A DNA stretch of 64,000 bases, from contig NIVC01001367.1 of NCBI GenBank assembly GCA_002269645.1, positions 124,001-188,000 of the forward strand, given 5' to 3'. This document shows, one piece after another, positions 1 to 11,100 of the stretch. The translations under genes were made by a program, and so were the position numbers. Numbering within the stretch: position 1 is the stretch's first letter; each line of letters begins with the position of its first letter. Under the pieces are notes generated by a model. The model did no database searches and was not told the origin of the DNA. It saw nothing but the letters and a program-made list of their open reading frames with translations. Origin of the DNA: Macrostomum lignano. Taxonomy: Eukaryota.

Positions 1-667
1 GGCGAGTGATGCAAGGCGATGCAACGTGGTGAGTAACGGCGATGAGCACAGAAGAGGCAGATGCGTAGTGGTGAGATTGGCGTTAGCCGTGGCAGTACAC
101 AGTAGAGTACAGTGTGTAAACAGGCTGGCCCAGACAAAGGAGCCGTGGCGAGAGATAAGGAGGCTCGAGGCAGCCAAGAGAGAGAGAAGGAAAACGAGAG
201 CCAGACGCCCGAAGCCAGAGGAGAGGGGAGGCGCCCCCCAGCCCGCCGCCAGGCGGGGGTTAATAAAGAGCGCAGAGGGCTAGCAATATACACGCGGAGA
301 TTTTTCATTGGCTGGCGAGAGGACTTGAAATTATCGATCGTGGTAAAATTTACAGACGAACGCAAGGCCTACCAAATACACAGTGAATTAGCAATTGATT
401 CAGATCATTTGCACGCTACTACAAGTAAACGTTAAAATAAACTATTGGAGAAACTTAGATGAGACATTGCGAGGGAAACTATAGTCCAACGGCCATTTTG
501 CGGGACCACTTAAACTAGCAACGTCACAATATCTTAGAAAATAAAAAACTATCAAACCGAATCACACTATGTTCTATTATCACTATTATCACGCTATGTT
601 TTCACCTAGATATCCCCCTATATTATTCCCTATATACTACGCCTTAAATAACTCTTACTACCCCCTT

Positions 668-937
668 GATATATCTAGCTATCTCTTGATATCCCCTGCT
701 ATTCATTGACATTTCTAGCCAATCCCATCGATATCTCTAGCTATCTCTTGATATCCCCTGCTATTCATTGACATTTCTAGCCAATCCCATCGATATCTCT
801 AGCTATCTCTTGATATCCCCTGCTATTCATTGATATCTCTAGCCAATCCCATCGATATCTCTAGCTATCTCTTGATATCCCCTGCTATTCATTGACATCT
901 CTAGCCAATCCCATCGATATCTCTAGCTATCTCTTGC
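668..937. repeat. 62-bp tandem repeat, about 4 copies
   Basis: Unit gatatctctagctatctcttgatatcccctgctattcattgacatttctagccaatcccatc. Confidence 0.9.
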
Positions 938-1115
938 AATTTTCCATTGATATACCCTGCTCTCCCCACGAAATGTCATGCTACTCTCTCGAAAATCGGG
1001 CTACCCCTTGAAAAATCATATCACATGCAATCTGCTGGAAATGCTGCTCACATGCTGCTCTAACGAGGCATTAATCGATTTTTCATGTTTAATTGGTCTT
1101 GTCATTATTTTAATC

Positions 1116-1243
1116 GGCGCCGCAGGCACTCATTTTGGCGCCGCAGGCACTCATTTTGGCGCCGCAGGCCCTCATTTTGGCGCCGCAGGCACTCATTTTG
1201 GCGCCGCAGGCACTCATTTGGCGCCGCAGGCACTCATTTTGGC
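1116..1243. repeat. 21-bp minisatellite, about 6 copies
   Basis: Unit ggcgccgcaggcactcatttt. Confidence 0.9.
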
Positions 1244-3132
1244 GCAATTGCTTCATTTCGGCGCAGGAGGCAACTCAATTGCCTCCTGGTTTTTGGTATC
1301 CGCCGCGCCCAACCCCACCCCCAGGCGATTGGGGGGGGCCCTGGCTACGCCACTGAGTTGTCCTTGCAACCAATACGAGTATGCAGCGACCCCAGCGAGT
1401 ACGTGTATAGTTACAGTTATTTACTTATCGATCACATAGTTAGATACCTACCGGCTACCGACAAACCATTTTTAGTATAGGATTAGAGATTTAGTATATT
1501 TGGAAGACAAATCTTAGACAATTAGTATAGCTAGTTGGATAGTTCATGCAATGAAATAGTTTGTGAACTTCCGTTTTTAAATTTTTGCGAAAAAATTGTA
1601 AAACAAAATTTTCATCCTCTTTTACTGAATTTTGTTCATTGATCCATAAATGTTTTGATTATCTTATGAAATATTGAATTTACATTTGCTTTTATTATTT
1701 TAGTTGCATATTTCTTCATCTTTTTAAATGTAAAATATAACAACAATATTCTTATTATCGTGACTTAAATTAGACATTAACTCATGTTTCCGACTTATTT
1801 CGACAGTATATACACCGATGTTTGTGACCAATTATTACACGGTAACATGCTAGTAATCTTAATATTATAGAATTTGAAAACGCCATTTTGTGCTTTTACG
1901 AATTATTCCTTCCAATAGGCCTAACATTAGTTCAACCTAGCCATTTTTTAACTTTGCATATTAAATTTAAAGCCCAGTTAGTTTTAACCAGTTTTGTATT
2001 GTGTAAAGTAAATATAGGCCTAATAAATTATTTAACGTCCTCAGCTAGGGATTACCTTTTATCCTTTTGAGTTTGATACAACTGGTACAGTGAGAATGTC
2101 TACTCTTTATCTTAGTTGAACTAAAAGGTTGAAACCTTTAGCCAGCCATTGGCATCACTAACACATTAACATGTGGCAGCCTTGGACCATCACACATGAA
2201 AAATATATAATCAGAGTATCAGCTTGCACATCTTAGTAATCATAAGACAGAAGGATTTCTAGCCTAGTTAAATGTCTAGGTCTGACAGGCATATAGCTGC
2301 TCAATCATATATGCAGCTAATATTAATAGTCTTCAACTATGCTAAGTGATATAAAATATACTAGACTTAATACAAGTTTATTTGCATATTCTTTTGGAAT
2401 ATATCAATTACATACTATTATTCTCCTTGCACTTATTACCAAAGTGGCTATTATTAATTTGGTCATCACTTGTTACCAAAGTAGACTATTATCCTATATT
2501 ATAAAATATGGCTACTATGCATGCAATTAAAAACACTAGATAGACAGCTGCTATGTATACAAGTAAAACGCTAGGTAGATAGCTAGCATGAATGCAAGCT
2601 TTTCCTTTTTTTAAATAGGAGAAAATTAAATATGCCTATTGAAAATATGGGCTATGGTCTCATCTAAATAAAAAAAGAAAATCTACCCACTATAAACAAA
2701 GCCTAGGCAAAAAACTAATTTTTTTATAGTTTACTTTTCCTATAAACACAATATAGGGCCTAGTTTAATCTATAGACTAAACCCTAGTAAAGTTATAGTA
2801 TAGTAGGCCCTAGTAATAGGCTAGGTCTAGTATAGGATAGGTCTATAGGATAGGTCTGGTATAGTAACCATATTGCTAACTTAAATTGAGACTGATACTG
2901 GCTGACTGAGAAATTGATTATGTCATAACTTTTTACTCCAATTGACTTGCTATAAGAATTGAATTATAAGGGCCACAATTCATGTTCTCCAATTGAAAAG
3001 AGATAGCCCTGATGCAAACAGACTGGAATGCTAATGTAGCAACCTGGGTTCAAATCTTAGTAGTGCAAAAAGATTTTTTTTATTAAAACACCTTAAAAAC
3101 ACAACAAAACTGCTAAACATCAAAGAAGTGCA

Positions 3133-4172
3133 ATGTCAAACATAGAAGAGCCAACATATCAAACATAAAAGAGTTACCATGTCAAACATAGAAGAGCCAC
3201 CATGTCAAACATTAAAGAGCCACCATGTAGAATATTAAAGAGCCACCATGAAGAACATTAAAGAGCCACCATGTCAAAGATTTAAGAGCCACCATGTCAA
3301 ACATTTAAGAGCCACCCTGTCAAACATAAAAGAGCCACCATGTTAAACATTAAAGAGCCACCATGTCAAACATAGAAGAGCCACCATGTCAGATATTAAA
3401 AAAGAGCCACCATGTTGAACATAAAAGAGCCACCATGTCAGATATTAAAAAGAGCCACCATGTCAAACATAAAAGAGCCACCATGTCAAACATAAAAGAG
3501 CCACCATGTCAAACATTTAGGAGCCACCATGTCAAACATATATGTGACTTTATGTCAAACATATATGTGACTTAATGTCAAACATTAAAGAGCTACCATT
3601 TCGAACATTAAAGAGCCACCATGTCAAACATTAAAGAGCCACCATGTAAAACATTAAAGAACCACATTGTCAAACATAAAAGAGCCATTATGTCGTACAT
3701 TAAAGAGCCACCATGTAAAACATTAAAGAGCCACCATGTCAAACATTAAAGAGCCGCCATGTCAAAACATAAATGTGCCATCATGTCAAACCTAAAAGAG
3801 CCACCATGTCAAACCTAAAAGAGCCACCATGTCGAACATTAAAGAGCCACCATGTCAAACGTAAATCTGGCATGATGTCAAACATTAAAGTGCCACCATA
3901 TTGAACATTAAAGAGCCACCATGTCTAACAGTAAAGAGCCACCATGTCGAACATTAAAGGGCCACCATGTAGAACATTAAAGAGCCACCATGTCAAACAT
4001 TAAAGAACCACCATGTCAAACATTAAAGAACCACCATGTCGAACATTAAAGAGCCACCATGTCAAAAATAGAAAAGCCACCATGTCAAACATTAAAGAGC
4101 CACCATGTCGAACATTAAAGAGCCACTCTAACATTAAAGAGCCACCATGTCTAACAGTAAAAAGCCACCATG
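3133..4172. repeat. 23-bp minisatellite, about 45 degenerate copies
   Basis: Unit atgtcaaacattaaagagccacc. Confidence 0.92.
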
Positions 4173-4175
4173 TCG

Positions 4176-4572
4176 CCTGCTATCTGGGGGTGCTTGCTAT
4201 CTGGGAGAGCCTGCTATCTGGGTGTGCTTGCTATCTGGTAGTGCTTGCTATCTAGGGGTGCTTACTATCTGGAAGTGCTTGCTATCTGGGGGTGCCTGCT
4301 ATCTGGGGGTGCTTGCTATCTGGGGTGCTTGCTATCTGGGGGTGCTTGCTATCTGGGGTGCCTGCTATCTGGGGATGCTTGCTATCTGGGGGTGCCTGCT
4401 ATCTGGGGGGTGCTTGCTATCTAGGGGGATGCTTGCTATCTGGGAGGTGCTTGCTATCTGGGGGGTGCCTGCTATCTGGGGGTCGCTTGCTATCTGGGGG
4501 TGCTTGCTAACTGGGGGTGCCTGCTATCTGGAGGGTGCTTGCTATCTGGAGGTGCTTGCTATCTGGGGGGGG
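4176..4572. repeat. About 15-17-bp minisatellite
   Basis: Unit gctatctggggg(t)gc(c/t)t, directly abutting the 23-bp array. Confidence 0.9.
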
Positions 4573-5084
4573 GGATGCTTGCTGTCTTAGGATGTTTTCT
4601 TTTTGCATTGCACTTCATCTGAGCAGTTTTTCTATTGACTATGTGAAGGCTTTGTTTGGCCATCTTATTGATACTTGTAGAGAACAGAGATTCTATCTAG
4701 ATGTCCCCCATCGGAGGGCAAAGATTGCTAGTATAAACTAATGCAGAAAACTATGTGTATATGCACATGTTTAACTTGTCTTACAAGTGTTTCACCTGAT
4801 CTATTTTAATTTCTAGATGTGCCTGATAGTCTAATATATATATTAGACATCTAGAGACAAACTATAATTGACCAAATATTTTTTAAATTTGAATCTGAGT
4901 CTACTTAAAACTATAGCATATATGCAATTCAAACACTAAGTAGATAGCTACTATGTATGTAAGCTGGCAATGCATAATCCTAGTTTCCTGCATTAAATTA
5001 TTTCAAGTTAAAAAATTAACTCAATAAGTTAAAACAAGTTAGTCCATAGCAATCAATATTCTATAATCTATAAGAATAATAGAA

Positions 5085-5280
5085 CAAGAACAAGTTGCCA
5101 AAGGACTTCTCCAAGTAAAGGCGGCACCAGATATACTCGCTCAGGTGCAAATCAAATAGGCCCTCGTTGGTGCTATTCATGTTCTGGAACTTTGCCTTGA
5201 CATGCACCTAAGTCCTTTTAATGGTATTCATATGCAAAGTTCCTATTTTGTAGTTTCCAACTAGTTCTAGGTTGCTCATT
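5085..5280 (-). mobile_element. Decayed Merlin/IS1595 (ISXO2-like) DDE transposase C-terminal fragment
   Basis: The minus strand translates GTLHMNTIKRT*VHVKAKFQNMNSTNEGLFDLHLSEYIWCRLYLEKSFGNLF. This matches the Merlin/IS1595 C-terminal pattern as I recall it (GxHTNTIEGxWxxxK...GTS...xxYLxEyxWRR...F), with TAG where the conserved W (TGG) is expected. No TIRs were identified. Confidence 0.55.
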
Positions 5281-6811
5281 ATTATGCCATTTAGTGAGCT
5301 CAGCAGACTATTGACTGTTATGGACTGACTTGTTTTGACTTATTGAGTCAATTTTTTTAACTCAAAATAATTTAATACAGAAAACTACAATTATGTTGCT
5401 GGCAATCCTCTAGTTTCACACATTTAAATATTTTTTGAAAAAATAGTGACTTAGTTACTGCAAGTAAATATTTGAACTCACACAAGTATAAGTATAAGAA
5501 TAATAACAATAATAATAATAAATAATAATAAATCAACCATCCAACCAAGTTAGTCTAGCCCATCAAAACATTGTCTTCATTTTTAGATAGAACTTGATTC
5601 ATAAGAATAAAGTATAATGTGTAGTAATTACACTTTATACTTTATTACTATTTATTTTTTATACTTTTAATACAATATCTAAAAAAGAATAAAAAAATTA
5701 TACTTAAGAACTCTTAAAAATTTCCTTTTGTTCATGTCTATTGTGCTATCAAATGATATTTAGGGTATAAATTTAAGGTATATATTTAGGATATAAAAAG
5801 GGTTATTTTTAAAACTAATTTTTAGAAAAAATTACTATAATATTTCTACTGATTATAGTTCTTTTTCATACCCATCATGTGCCCATTTCGACATGTACTA
5901 TCTCTGCTATTTTAATCTTCTTTCTTCTTTCTTAGATCTTCTTTCTTCTTCTTAGTAACTATGCTATATATAAGCAACTGCTAGTTGGCATAGCCAGTTT
6001 ATCCAATTTATAAAATATTTAAAATCATTATTTACTTAATTTTTACTTTTGTTTTTTGTAGGTTGCAAAACTGAGCCACATTTCAATCAAAACTGAGCTG
6101 CAGGCTAATATTTTTTGTAAATATAGCTGCATAGCCTGTGGAATATCTTACTAATATAATATTAGTCACAATTCAGCATTTTTCTGTATTGGCTTATTAG
6201 CAGTGTGACTGTGTGAACAGTTTTGCATTTTCCTCTTTCATAGTTTAGAATATCCATCATGACGAAGTTTCTTTTCTTTTTTGAGAAAATATCCTTCTGG
6301 CCTGGGTTCTTTTTATTGCGCAGCCAAACAGCTAGATGGATTAAACAGACACTGGCTGCAGAGGAATGTGGCTGCTAGCTTTAAACGCTTCTTTGTTCAG
6401 CCTTTTGCTGGCGCGAAAGCAAACAGAACCGATTTCCCGGCTTATTCGCAGTCTCTCCTCCGCCAGCAACAGCCGAAGAACAGAGTTCATGTATTAATTA
6501 TTATTATTAATGCTCTCCCAATGGCCGCGTTGCAGATCGTGGCTCGACATGTGAGCGCCTGCCGGAGCCGCCACGCCAGCACGCAGCCTCAGCCGCCCCT
6601 CGCCTCCCTGCGCCCCTCTCCCTCCGCCGCGGGCCCTCCTCGCCGCTGCAATCCGAGCTGTTAAAAAAAGAAAAGCCAAGCGCCAGAAATCCTGACCAGA
6701 AATTGCCGGATGTTCCACCAGCTCGCCAGCTTCCGTACCGACGGATGACACATCCACAGCCCAGTTTTATGTTGTCTTGTGCCAGCAGCACCGCCCCAGA
6801 CACCCGCACCG

Positions 6812-7442
6812 ATGAATTGGACCTCCAGGCCGCAGCTGATCTCCTTCATCCGGGACCATAGGTCCACCCTGCCGCACTCGTACGCGCTAAGGACCGCCAG
6901 GCCCGGGCTCGCGCCGGACTCGTTCTGCCTCACCAAAGCCGTCACTGACCCGAAATTTGCTGAGCAAGGAGCCGACGACAGCGAGCAGGTCAACATGGCG
7001 TTCGAGTCTGTAAGTCCTGCTTGGCGATTTCTGCTTCAGGAGGTCGAGCTTTCTATATGAGCTTTGATGCTTTCATGTTTCACACTTTGCCGCTAAATCA
7101 TCTTTGCTAGTTTTGTTCCAGGTGACATTCCCCCCACCCGATTTGCACATCAGGAGACATTCCCCACCCGATCTGCACATCAGGAGACATTCCCCACCCG
7201 ATCTGCACATCAGGAGACATTCCCCACCCGATCTGCACATCAGGAGACATTCCCCACCCGATCTGCACATCAGGAGACATTCCCCACCCGATTTGCACAT
7301 CAGGAGACATTCCCCACCCGATCTGCACATCAGGAGACATTCCCCACCCGATCTGCACATCAGGAGACATTCCCCACCCGATCTGCACATCAGGAGACAT
7401 TCCCCACCCGATCTGCACATCAGGAGACATTTCTCGGACTAG
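6812..7442 (+). CDS. Putative small two-exon orphan gene (about 172 aa) with a coding 30-bp minisatellite; strand assignment uncertain
   Basis: Exon 6812-7009 starts at ATG and is GC3-rich. It is followed by donor GTAAGT at 7010, a branch-like CTAAAT near 7093 and acceptor ttttgttccag at 7121. Exon 7122-7442 continues in phase 0 as VTFPP(PDLHIRRHSP)n...HFSD*. No recognisable domain. A competing minus-strand reading exists (see findings). Confidence 0.35.
7127..7431. repeat. 30-bp minisatellite, about 10 near-perfect copies
   Basis: Unit cacccgatctgcacatcaggagacattccc. Confidence 0.95.
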
Positions 7443-8183
7443 CAGCGCCAGCGGCTCCGGGCCTTGACCGCACATCGGACGGCGGCGCCTCGCGCCTGCG
7501 GTCCAGATCCGAGGCCGGAGGTCGAGTAGGTTTTCCCCATCCGCCTTATCCCCTACCGACTTCCCCGCCTGTCCATCAGGCTGATTGGCCGTCCGGGCCG
7601 TTCGCTTTCACTATCCGCCCATCATTACGTAACGATTTCCTCCGCCTTTTGCTTTGGCTATCCGCGGTGCGTGCGGCGCTCAACTCGATTGCAGCTCATT
7701 GTTTGCCGTTTTTTACGCTTTCATAAAATTCTCCTTGACTACCCGCTGCTTTGCTCATTCACGCGATCACGGGCCGAACCGAGCGGGCGGTGTCCTCGCT
7801 TGACCTCGGGGTCTCGCCTTCACTTCAACCTCTCCTCCCTGATCGCCGGCTCCTGCTTCACTGTGGAGAGCGGCGGCTCGGCTCAAGTGCCGCTCGCATC
7901 GATCAGAGTAGGCCGGCATTCACTCGGGGCTCCCCGTTCACCGGCCAGGCTGCGGCCGCTTCAGTCTGAGAGTGCAGTGTGCTTATGCGAGCTGTGCTTT
8001 AATTCATTAGTAGCATTTTATTATTAGTCTGGAATTCGGGCTGTGTTATTATCCGAGCTTAATCTGGTAATTGAAGGCGCTGATTCTGTTGAAATTCCAG
8101 GCTGCGTGCAAAAAATCCTCACTGAACTCCCATGCTGCGGTAACTTAGAGTCCCACTGTACCCCCCCCCCTCCAAATCCGCAG

Positions 8184-11100
8184 GGAAGCCACAAGCAGCT
8201 CAACGCCATCTCCCCAGCCGGCCAGAACCCCTCGGCTGGCCCGGCCGCCGGCCTGAACTACCGGCCCGACTCCTTCGCCTCGCTCACCCCCCGCCAGCAC
8301 CAGCTGCCGCACCAGCCGCTCCAGTTCGCCACGCCGCCCAAGCGCAGCGACTCGATGCCGAGCCCGTCCTCCCAGCCGCTGCCGCTCTGCCTGCCCGCCA
8401 CCCTGTCCTCAGCCGCGTCCGCCGCCGCCACCACAGCGACGCCGCCAGCCGCGGTCTCGGCGGCCTCGTCGTCCTCATCGGCGGTGGTCGCCCAGGGCGG
8501 CGATGAGGCCGACATCGGAACCGACGGCAGCAGGGCCGCAGCGCTGCAGGACGGCTACGACCAGGTGGTGTTCGAGTTCACCAAGGTGCCCGCCGAGGAC
8601 TTCGCCCGCGAGATCACCCTGATGTTCCTGCCGGTGTTCACCGCCATCCAGCCGGACGAGCTGACCAGCGTGGCCTGGCACGGCCGGGACAAGGAGCTGC
8701 GCGCCCCAAATGTTGTGAAATTCACCCGCGTGTTCAACCACGTCAATTTCTGGGTGCAAAAGTGCATCCTGGAGACCACCAGCTTGTCTAACCGGGCCAC
8801 TGTATTGGCGCACTTCATCAAGATTGCCAAGAAGCTGTACGAGCTGCAGAACCTTCACGGCACCTTTGCGGTGGTTGCGGCTTTGCAATCGCAGCCGATT
8901 TTCCGCCTGAAGAAGACCTGGTCCAGCCTGCCGCGCAAGCATGTTGAGGCCTTCGAGCGGCTGTCGGACTTGTTCTCAGCCAACAGCAACCACGAGAGAC
9001 TGCGCCGTCTCATGCAGGACATCCGGCAGCCCGTTATTCCCTATCTGGGTGAGTGACAGGGAAAGGAGGAAGGAGTGCCAGGGGAAGGAAGCAGGGAATG
9101 ACGTCGTGAAGGAAGCAGGGAATGGCGAGGAAGGAAGCAGGGAATGGCGAGGAAGGAAGCAGGGAATGGCGAGGAAGGAAGCAGGGAATGACGTAAAGGA
9201 AGCAGAGAATGGCGAGGAAGGAAGCAGGGAATGACGTAAAGGAAGCAGGGAATGGCGAGGAAGGAAGCAGGGAATGGCGAGGAAGGAAGCAGGGAATGGC
9301 GAGGAAGGAAGCAGGGAATGGCGAGGAAGGAAGCAGGGAATGGCGAGGAAGGAAGCAGGGAATGGCGAGGAAGGAAGCAGGGAATGGCGAGGAAGGAAGC
9401 AGGGAATGGCGAGGAAGGAAGCAGGGAATGGCGAGGAAGGAAGCAGGGAATGGCGAGGAAGGAAGCAGGGAATAGCGAGGAAGGAAGCAGGGAATGGCGA
9501 GGAAGGAAGCAGGGAATGACGTGAAGGAAGCAGGGAATGACGTGAAGGAAGCAGGAGTGGAGTGAATGGGACAAAAACAGGTGAGCCGGTCAGGGGAAGT
9601 AGGCAGTGGGAGAGGAGCTGTTGCCATCTGTAAGTTATAAAAGCCCGTATCTAATGGTAGGCATTTAGCAGCTTTTATCTAAAATTTATTAGCTTGGGCA
9701 GTTTAATGCCACAAAAGACGAGGCTGGGTCAGGAATGGCCCAGTGCTGCTGCACCGTTCCGCCTTGTGTAAATTGTTGGAGTTCTGCGCCCAGCGGACAC
9801 GTCACTGACCAGCTGATGTAATGCAGCTTTTATTGCTTGGACTTTTGACCTCTGGCACAGTTGTGGGAATTCAGCAGCTGGCAGTGCTTTTGGGGGGCAT
9901 CTCGGCAGGCCTTTTGCATTGCGCATTGCATTCTGCTGCTGCTGCTGCGCAATTCCGCGCTCTGCTGTGCGTGTAAACAGCAGATTGGCATCGGATGCTT
10001 TTGTGCAACAGATGGGCCGCTACTGACTGTAACCGCCTGTTGGCTCTCTGCCATCAGTGCCGCTGCTGCAATGTTACCGCTATATGCTTTCTGTGAATCA
10101 ATATTGTGCTTATGAATCCGCGCCCACATCTGAGCATCTGCGCCTCCTGTGCGCTCCGGTGCGCTCATCTGGTTGCTAAACGGACCCGAGATTCAATATT
10201 CTCTGCCTCTTAAGCCTTTTAATAACCGCAGCGTTATTTGATTATGCATAAATGTCCAGAAATATTGATTGACGATATCCTTGAGTTGCCCCCCCCCCAA
10301 ACCTCCTGTTCTATCGCTAGCGAGCCACCCAATCCAGAGCATGCGCAAAGCCTGTAAGCCCAGCAACCAGTGCAGTAAGCCAGCAACCAGTGCAGTAAGC
10401 TCATCAACCAGTGCAGTAAGCCCACCAACCAGTGCAGTAAGCCCAGCAACCAGTGCAGTAAGCCAGCAACCAGTGCAGTAAGCTCATCAACCAGTGCAGT
10501 AAGCCCACCAACCAGTGCAGTAAGCCCAGCAACCAGTGCAGTAAGCCAGCAACCAGTGCAGTAAGCTCATCAACCAGTGCAGTAAGCCCAGCAACCAGTG
10601 CAGTAAGCCAGCAACCAGTGCAGTAAGCTCATCAACCAGTGCAGTAAGCACTTCAACCAGTGCAGTAAGCCCATCAACCAGTGCAGTAAGCCCATCAACC
10701 AGTGCAGTAAGCCCACCAACCAGTGCAGTAAGCTCACCAACCAGTGCAGTAAGCCCACCAACCAGTGCAGCAAGCTCATCATTCCAGCCACAGACTGGGA
10801 GCTCAGTTGTGCTTCTATTTTATTGCATCAAAATTCCTAACGACTTTGCCCCGCAGGCCTGTACATGAACGACCTGGTGTACATTGACACCTGCCACCCC
10901 AGCACTGGCGGCCTGGAGTCGCAGGCCCGCAAAGACAAGATGAACAACATTTGCCGCGTGCTGTCGGACTATCAGCAGTCGCAGTACAGTGAGTTGCCTC
11001 TCCTTTATTCCCGCATTGAACAGCCGAGCTCTGTCTGAGTCCCGGAAATTGCGGCCCCCTTTGCCAATGCCAACTTTGAAGCTAATTTGATGAGAATTTT

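Noticed and set aside
1-435. ORFs at the window start
   Set aside because: No domain was recognised. It looks like the promoter or 5' UTR (CCAAT on the minus strand near 310) of a gene leaving the window, but this cannot be established.
2040-2290. Possible Cys-containing transposase N-terminal remnant on the minus strand
   Set aside because: It has several stops, only a CxxC-like hint, and lies in the wrong order relative to the 5085-5280 fragment.
3003-3070. tRNA/SINE-like B-box GGTTCAAATC
   Set aside because: No complete cloverleaf or clear A-box; at most a decayed SINE head.
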